Part shown: one piece after another, positions 24,834 to 30,579 of the stretch
Layout of the letters: the number at the start of each line of letters is the position of its first letter
How positions within the stretch are numbered: the first letter of the stretch is position 1
Origin: a virus
Lineage: Duplodnaviria > Caudoviricetes
IMG/VR virus record: IMGVR_UViG_3300032329_000234
Coordinates: 1-30,579 of that record
Reading direction: 5' to 3' (one strand)
DNA: 30,579 bases
Notes under the pieces: model-generated
The model's database searches: none
The model's input: the letters and a program-made list of their open reading frames with translations, nothing else
What the model was told of the DNA's origin: nothing
Program-made: the position numbers and the translations under genes

Positions 24834-27042
24834 TTTTTCTAAACTAGGCTTCTTGGCATTCCTATTGTCCTTTAGTGGATTGGCCTTTGCTGGTGGTGGT
24901 GGTGGAGGTGGTATTGTTGGAGCCATTGTGGGTGTTGTTGCTGTTATTGCGGCACCATTTACCTTTGGAACCAGTTTGGCCCTAGCAGGTGCTTTGTTAG
25001 CAGGTGCCGCTGTGGGTTATATGTTGGGCACAACTGTTGAGATGATGTTACATCCACCAAGTTTTGATATGCCAGATATGAGCAACAGTCAGGCAGCCAG
25101 TCAAAACGCAGGTATTACCATCAACAAACAAGGAACCAACATTGCTGTGCCTGTGGTATATGGACAGCGTCGTGTGGGTGGTGCTCGTGTATTTGTCAGT
25201 ACCAATGGAACTGAAAATAGAGATTTGTATATGGCTCTTGTGCTGGCAGAAGGCGAAATAGACAGCATTGTTAGAGTTGTTATTGATGATATTACAGTAT
25301 GGACAGGCACCAGCACACACGGTGCTAGTTATACTCCCAATACCAGTGCGTTCCAACCTTATTTTACATTTGAAACTTATCACGGTACCGCTAATCAAAC
25401 AGCAAGTCCATTGTTGAAAAATGCCTCTGGTTGGGATGATACTAAAAAATTAAGTGGTTTGGCCTATCTTGCTGTCAAATGTAGTTGGCCAAATATCACC
25501 ACCAATGATGATGCCAAAAAGAATCCTTGGGGTGGTATTCCTAACATTGTGGTTGAGTTGCGTGGCAAGCGTGTTCAATTTCCAACCAATTTTTCTTATG
25601 ATTACGCAAATGTAACATATGATCAAAGATTAAATTGGGACAAGAATAGATATCTTGCCACCACTGGTTACAGTAATCATCCTGTTGATTGTTTATTAGA
25701 TTACTTACGCAATCCTATCTATGGTAAAGGTCTTGCTGACACACAAATAGATTGGCACAGTTTTTACAAAGAGCGTATTCGTTGGACCAAAGATCAAAAT
25801 GGTGCGGTGTTGGCAGATAATCTACAACACAGAACCAATGGTGTTATTTTTACAGACAGAACTGTTATGGAAAATGTCAAAACCATATTGTTGAATATGC
25901 GTAGCAGTTTGATCTATCAAGATGGTCGCTATCGTCTTGTTGTGGTTGATAATGGTGATACCAGCAGTATCTATGCGGCCGCCAGCACCAGTGTAATGAC
26001 CATTACCACTGAAGATATCATTGATGGTATTAAGATACAGGCTGAATCAGCAGATGGCAAAGCCAATCGTATCACCATCAGTTATATGGGCTATATTGGT
26101 AGTGAATCAGGATCAGATGTTAAAACATATGAAACTATTGATTATGTATACCCATCAATTGGTAGTGCTACTGAAACCACATATCAAGCACAGGATGGTG
26201 GACGCTTGGTTGAGACCAAGATGACATTTGAACATATTACTGATGTTACCACAGCGGCCAAATTGGCACAGATAGTTTTAGAACGAGCAAGAAACAAAGG
26301 TAAAGTTATTACCTTCCAAGGCACTTCAAGAATGTATCAACTTGAAGTTGGAGATGTTGTTACATTACAATATCCAAGCCTAAGTATCAATGATCAATAT
26401 CGTGTTAAAAGTGTGGTTCAAAATGAAGATTTTACTTTTGTTATCACGCTTGAAGAACAAAATGATGTGACCTATGCTTATAATCCAACGCCACAGGTCA
26501 ATACCAAATATCGTCAATGGTTTATGGGCGATACAGGCAAACAGCCTGGTCAAGGTCCTATATTACCAGGACCACCAAGTTTGCCAGCACCAGGACAACA
26601 ACTCAATGGTATGTTGATTTGTCCATATAGTCCTGGCAAAAATTATAATGTGGCACCTTACTATGAAAATGGTGCCATTGGTCCTGATGTAAAGGTTGCC
26701 TTTGCTATTAGAATTAGTGCTTATGCTACCAGTCTAAATCCTTATACTGTAAGCCTAGGCAATCAATTGAGTACTTTTATTAACATCTCAAGTTTTAGTG
26801 CTTACTATCGCATTGCTGGCACTACTACTTGGACTTTCGCAGGCACAGGAACTTTTAATCCATATAGTAGTTCAGGATTCAGTGGTGACATAAATCTAGG
26901 TGATTGTAAACCAGGAATTATATTAGACATCAGGTATGACTTAAAAGATATCTCAATGCCAATGTGGGGCACAGCATCAGCATTTAGTTTATATACTTCA
27001 TACTTGTTACCAACCGCAACCGCAGGAGGATTCCAAACATAA
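24805..27042 (+). CDS. Tail tip hub / host specificity protein (gpJ-like)
   Basis: VPVVYGQRRVGG..VFV, LVLAEGEI, LSGLAYLA, CLLDYLRN..YGKG and LEVGDVV motifs. Confidence 0.85.
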   Translation: MLKKLLKKHNFSKLGFLAFLLSFSGLAFAGGGGGGGIVGAIVGVVAVIAAPFTFGTSLALAGALLAGAAVGYMLGTTVEMMLHPPSFDMPDMSNSQAASQNAGITINKQGTNIAVPVVYGQRRVGGARVFVSTNGTENRDLYMALVLAEGEIDSIVRVVIDDITVWTGTSTHGASYTPNTSAFQPYFTFETYHGTANQTASPLLKNASGWDDTKKLSGLAYLAVKCSWPNITTNDDAKKNPWGGIPNIVVELRGKRVQFPTNFSYDYANVTYDQRLNWDKNRYLATTGYSNHPVDCLLDYLRNPIYGKGLADTQIDWHSFYKERIRWTKDQNGAVLADNLQHRTNGVIFTDRTVMENVKTILLNMRSSLIYQDGRYRLVVVDNGDTSSIYAAASTSVMTITTEDIIDGIKIQAESADGKANRITISYMGYIGSESGSDVKTYETIDYVYPSIGSATETTYQAQDGGRLVETKMTFEHITDVTTAAKLAQIVLERARNKGKVITFQGTSRMYQLEVGDVVTLQYPSLSINDQYRVKSVVQNEDFTFVITLEEQNDVTYAYNPTPQVNTKYRQWFMGDTGKQPGQGPILPGPPSLPAPGQQLNGMLICPYSPGKNYNVAPYYENGAIGPDVKVAFAIRISAYATSLNPYTVSLGNQLSTFINISSFSAYYRIAGTTTWTFAGTGTFNPYSSSGFSGDINLGDCKPGIILDIRYDLKDISMPMWGTASAFSLYTSYLLPTATAGGFQT

Positions 27043-27710
27043 TGGCTATCTACAATAACAATTATTATCCTGACAGTCGCAACAGTACCTGGGCTGACAT
27101 CGCAGATTTGACCTGGGCTGATGCTACCTATGATTGGTCAGCATTTAGTCCTACCAGTTCCAATGCCACAGCCACGTGGTCATATACCACTGACGCACAG
27201 GATCTTGGCAGTCAAAAAACTTTTTATCCAACAACTGAAATCACTTGGGATAGTAGTAAACCTATCACTATCACCTATGATTACAGTCAAGATGGCACTA
27301 CCTATTATAATACTCAACCAGGCAGTATCACCGCAAGATATATCAAAACCAATGTAAGCACCGCAGGTAGTTATGTTGGCAGTATTTTTACACAGATAAA
27401 TTATAATCCAACCAGCGAAACACACTATAATTTGAATACCGCCACCTTGGCTGGTAATGTAAATTATAGAACATTGGATACAAATAATTTTAGTTCTATT
27501 CAAAGTGTCTCAGTAACTCCTGCTGTGTCAGAAACAAGACCAGTAGCAGGAAGATTGATTGCCAACAACACTGGTAACATTCAACTTAGAATTGTTAATT
27601 TGGACACCTGGGATAAAGTGGCTGTTGATGCCAATGTAAATATTGTTGTGACAGGATTTCCGTTCTTGACCACAAATGCCAATGCGGGAATAGTAGCAGT
27701 AACCAAATAA
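27042..27710 (+). CDS. Tail-associated structural protein
   Basis: 222 aa, beta-rich, translationally coupled to the hub gene. Confidence 0.6.
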   Translation: MAIYNNNYYPDSRNSTWADIADLTWADATYDWSAFSPTSSNATATWSYTTDAQDLGSQKTFYPTTEITWDSSKPITITYDYSQDGTTYYNTQPGSITARYIKTNVSTAGSYVGSIFTQINYNPTSETHYNLNTATLAGNVNYRTLDTNNFSSIQSVSVTPAVSETRPVAGRLIANNTGNIQLRIVNLDTWDKVAVDANVNIVVTGFPFLTTNANAGIVAVTK

Positions 27711-27719
27711 GGAAAATAT

Positions 27720-27875
27720 ATGCCAGTTCATAAAGTTCATATGCCAAATGGCAAAACAGGATATCAGTGGGGAGGCCACGGTAAAGTTTATACAGGCACC
27801 AATGCCAAACAAAAGGCCGCGGCACAAGGTCGTGCGGCCTATGCCAACGGCTACAAAGGTAAAGGAATGAAATGA
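27720..27875 (+). CDS. Small basic conserved phage protein (51 aa; not in the ORF track)
   Basis: MPVHKVHMPNGKTGYQWGGHGKVYTGTNAKQKAAAQGRAAYANGYKGKGMK; AAGGA RBS; ATGA overlap with the next gene. Confidence 0.7.
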   Translation: MPVHKVHMPNGKTGYQWGGHGKVYTGTNAKQKAAAQGRAAYANGYKGKGMK

Positions 27876-28576
27876 CTTGGCCAGCAGGAGCAATTAGCAC
27901 AGCCAATCTAGACGCAGGATCTGACAGTATCAGTGCGGCTCGTGCGGATCTGTATCAAATGGCAGTCAAGGTCAATATGATGATTGACAATGGTGCCACT
28001 ATATCAGACACACCAAATTCCTATGGCAATGCCAATGTTGCGGCATATTTGCCTACATATCAAGGACAATTCAGTAATCTTTGGGTTACAGGCACTAATA
28101 CTACAAATTTAATTAAAAATACAACACAGTTTGATGGTCCTGTTTATTTTACCGCTACTACAGCACCGTATCCTGTTGTATTTTACAATAGTGTTCAATG
28201 TCAAGGTCTATTAGATGTTGCCAGTCTTAATATCAATAATGGAACAAGTCTAGGTTCATATATTGAAAGAATATATACCATTGGTAACTCAGGATCTGGA
28301 ACTGTTACACCATATGCTAGTAATGGAGCAGTTCAAAAATTAACAGCCACAGGTAATTTTACCTTGGCCGCACCCAGTGGTATGTCAGCAGGATCAAGTA
28401 TTGTTTTGATCATTCGTCAAGATTCCACAGGTAGTCGTGTTCCTACAATTAATAGTGCTTATAAATTTGCCGCTGGTCAAAAAACTTTGAGCACAGCAGG
28501 CCTAAGTGTTGATATGATTACTATATTTTACGATGGTTCTGATTATCTATGTAATTTAATAAAGGCTTATTCATAA
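27872..28576 (+). CDS. Short fibre protein (paralogue of 8014-8667)
   Basis: Shared N-terminal anchor, YGNANVAAYLPTY, and C-terminal LIIRQDSTGSR...YKFA.G...LST...D.I domain. Confidence 0.7.
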   Translation: MTWPAGAISTANLDAGSDSISAARADLYQMAVKVNMMIDNGATISDTPNSYGNANVAAYLPTYQGQFSNLWVTGTNTTNLIKNTTQFDGPVYFTATTAPYPVVFYNSVQCQGLLDVASLNINNGTSLGSYIERIYTIGNSGSGTVTPYASNGAVQKLTATGNFTLAAPSGMSAGSSIVLIIRQDSTGSRVPTINSAYKFAAGQKTLSTAGLSVDMITIFYDGSDYLCNLIKAYS

Positions 28577-29322
28577 TGTTCGCACACTGGCACGGTGATT
28601 ACAAAGAAGTTAATAATCCTAGCATAGGTGTTACAGTTCTTCACGGCTCACCAAGTTTTAGTAGTAGCATCAAAAAGTTTGGTACACATAGTCTTAAAAT
28701 GACCAATACAGATAATTCAACATATGATCTATTACAATTTACCAGAAGCGACAACTATACTGGTATGGCCTGGACTATTGAATATTGGTTATATGTTGTT
28801 CATCCAGGATATCCGTTACCATATGGTAGTCACGTGATAAGATTTGGCAATAACATAGGTTCAAATCTTATCAGTAATGGCACATCAAATTCTGGGCCAT
28901 TTAATCTTGAACAATGGTTCTACGGTATTGGTTCTGCTGGCGGTAATGGTTATGGTGGATATGTATATGCGTCCAATCGCGGTAATGTTCAATTTCCTGC
29001 TAATACTTGGATCCATTTTTGTTTACAACGAGGATCTGATGGTTATGTTACAGCATATTGGAATGGATATGTAGATCGCGGAAATGCCAATCAATCATCT
29101 AATTTAACACAAACATTTACCATTGGCAATGATAGTAATCATTCATATGGTAGTATACCTGTAGAATGGTATATGGATGAATTAAGAATTAGCAATATCG
29201 CAAGATATAGCACAGAACAATCAACCTATGATCCACCACATCAGTTATTCACACCTGCTACAAGTGAATTTACTACAGATAGTAATACGTTATTATTGAC
29301 ACACTTTAATAACTCATATTAA
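28576..29322 (+). CDS. LamG/ConA-like lectin-domain adhesin
   Basis: KKFGTHSL, WTIEYW, W.H..L.R....YWNG, YMDELRIS.IARY and D.NTLLL.HF motifs. Confidence 0.75.
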   Translation: MFAHWHGDYKEVNNPSIGVTVLHGSPSFSSSIKKFGTHSLKMTNTDNSTYDLLQFTRSDNYTGMAWTIEYWLYVVHPGYPLPYGSHVIRFGNNIGSNLISNGTSNSGPFNLEQWFYGIGSAGGNGYGGYVYASNRGNVQFPANTWIHFCLQRGSDGYVTAYWNGYVDRGNANQSSNLTQTFTIGNDSNHSYGSIPVEWYMDELRISNIARYSTEQSTYDPPHQLFTPATSEFTTDSNTLLLTHFNNSY

Positions 29323-29342
29323 ATAATTAAAAGGAAAATACT

Positions 29343-29768
29343 ATGGCTTGGCCAGGTTCAAATCTCAACACAACAAATTTAGATAATCCCACGGATAAAC
29401 CAGCGGACGCAAGAGCAGATTTACTTGCTACAGTTCAGGCTGTAAATTCAATAGCGGCGGCACGCGGTCAGGCCTATGGTGTGGCCAGTTTAGATGGTGC
29501 TGGATTGGTGCCAGATAGTCAAATACCTGATACACTATCAAGTGACGCAGGCAATGACTTTACATTTCAACCCAGTAGTGGTCGTCTAACAGTATTTTAT
29601 ATTGCCAGCCTACAACCAAGAACAGTGAGCCAATTAACAGCCTTGTCAGCCATCACAGGCGATGTGGCCTATTGTTCAAATGGCGATGCGGGTAATCCCT
29701 GCTTGGCAGTTTGGACTGGCTCAGCCTGGAAACGTATTGCCTTAGGCACTACCATAAGTGCTACCTAA
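29343..29768 (+). CDS. Structural protein with the shared fibre anchor domain
   Basis: N-terminus like 8014 and 27872; GVASLDGAGLVP.SQIP motif; preceded by TAAATA (29320-29325) and AAGGA. Confidence 0.65.
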   Translation: MAWPGSNLNTTNLDNPTDKPADARADLLATVQAVNSIAAARGQAYGVASLDGAGLVPDSQIPDTLSSDAGNDFTFQPSSGRLTVFYIASLQPRTVSQLTALSAITGDVAYCSNGDAGNPCLAVWTGSAWKRIALGTTISAT

Positions 29769-29769
29769 T

Positions 29770-30033
29770 ATGTCACAAGTTCACGATATTGAATCAGAAA
29801 GCCTACCTGCCCACGTAAGTATCTGCCAAGAGCGTTACAATCAATTGGATCAACGCATTACCAGTATTGAAAAGAAATTGATTGGTATAGATATTATTTT
29901 ATGTGAGATCAGAGACGCAATACAAGGTGACCGCAAGGACAACTTTCGTTTGTTTTTGACCTGGGCCAGTGTGATAATCACCACGCTTTTAGGTGCTACA
30001 GGCACACTTTTATACCACTACGTGCTTAGATAG
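29770..30033 (+). CDS. Coiled-coil plus single transmembrane protein (holin- or XhlA-like)
   Basis: HVSICQERY...coiled coil...LFLTWASVIITTLLGATGTLLY; probable start ATG 29770. Confidence 0.55.
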   Translation: MSQVHDIESESLPAHVSICQERYNQLDQRITSIEKKLIGIDIILCEIRDAIQGDRKDNFRLFLTWASVIITTLLGATGTLLYHYVLR

Positions 30034-30075
30034 CAGAAATAGTCCAGGCCTATATAAAACCCATTAAATATGGGT

Positions 30076-30468
30076 ATGAGTTATCAATCACCCTTGGGCA
30101 AGTTGCCCATCAAGCGTAAGAAAAATATCAAAGATCCACCCATCAAGATTCCAGATATTCTACGCTTGCCTGATGGGCGTGAATTTGTGCTTAAAGATTT
30201 GATGGTCAAACCCAAGCGTGAATTTATCAATCTACGCACCAAAACTGTGGGCACAAGACCCAACAATGTTTGTAAAGAACCCAAATATTCCTATCAGGAC
30301 CACGTTTGGATTAGTCAAGCAGATCCCGTGGAAGTTATGAATCGTTTTGAACTACGACGCGAATATGTCAAAACTTTTATCAATCGCAGTCGTGCCATTA
30401 TCAAGCGTATACAAGACAGCACAGATGATCACATCATAACTGTGGGCAAGGCCTTGACTGACACATAA
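30076..30468 (+). CDS. Basic protein sharing the C-terminal domain of the HNH nuclease
   Basis: KYSYQDHVWISQADPVEVMNRFELRREYVKTF aligns with HNH KRSEEEINWIRYATTDEIVARYGMPKQRASAF; TAAATA (30065-30070) lies 5 nt before ATG 30076 (30070 is an alternative start). Confidence 0.65.
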   Translation: MSYQSPLGKLPIKRKKNIKDPPIKIPDILRLPDGREFVLKDLMVKPKREFINLRTKTVGTRPNNVCKEPKYSYQDHVWISQADPVEVMNRFELRREYVKTFINRSRAIIKRIQDSTDDHIITVGKALTDT

Positions 30469-30579
30469 ATATCCTTATATAGGATAAGTTATGAAAAACA
30501 GAAATAGCATACCTGCGAACTGGGCTGGCGATCGTTATATCAATCGTGAGTTGTTTGAAAGTTATCTCAAGCCAGGACC
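30457..30579. repeat. Terminal direct repeat, copy 2
   Basis: Identical to 1-123. Confidence 0.95.

Noticed and set aside
647-30284. All minus-strand ORFs and nested alternate-frame plus-strand ORFs in the track
   Set aside because: They are shadows of well-supported plus-strand genes or overlap structured non-coding DNA, and show no recognisable motifs.
30457-30579. 123-bp terminal repeat as a biological direct terminal repeat
   Set aside because: It cuts through genes and has the length of an assembler overlap; it shows circularity or permutation only.
1-30579. tRNA genes, integrase/att site, alternative genetic code
   Set aside because: I saw no cloverleaf or T-loop motif and no recombinase; genes are long and tightly packed under the standard code.

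Overview
The window is an apparently complete, circularly assembled genome of about 30,456 bp from a small tailed phage; bases 30457-30579 repeat 1-123 exactly. All credible genes lie on the + strand. It encodes a full siphovirus-type virion: TerS, TerL, portal, scaffold, HK97-type capsid, adaptor and tail terminator, two tail-tube paralogues, a frameshifted tail chaperone, tape measure, distal tail and tail hub, and two sets of fibre/adhesin genes. It also carries a Dps-like ferritin and a GNAT. The roughly 4 kb non-structural region (30076 through the junction to 3603) holds an HNH nuclease, small hypothetical proteins and two highly structured non-coding elements. I recognise no DNA polymerase, primase, helicase, integrase, repressor, sigma factor or endolysin. 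Most transcription units nonetheless start at a T4-late-promoter-like TAAATA box. Main hypothesis (inference): this is a virion-autonomous but replication- and transcription-dependent parasite of a large T4-like or jumbo phage, with a late-expressed HNH plus structured small-RNA module. All calls are by-eye motif and synteny recognition; no searches were run.
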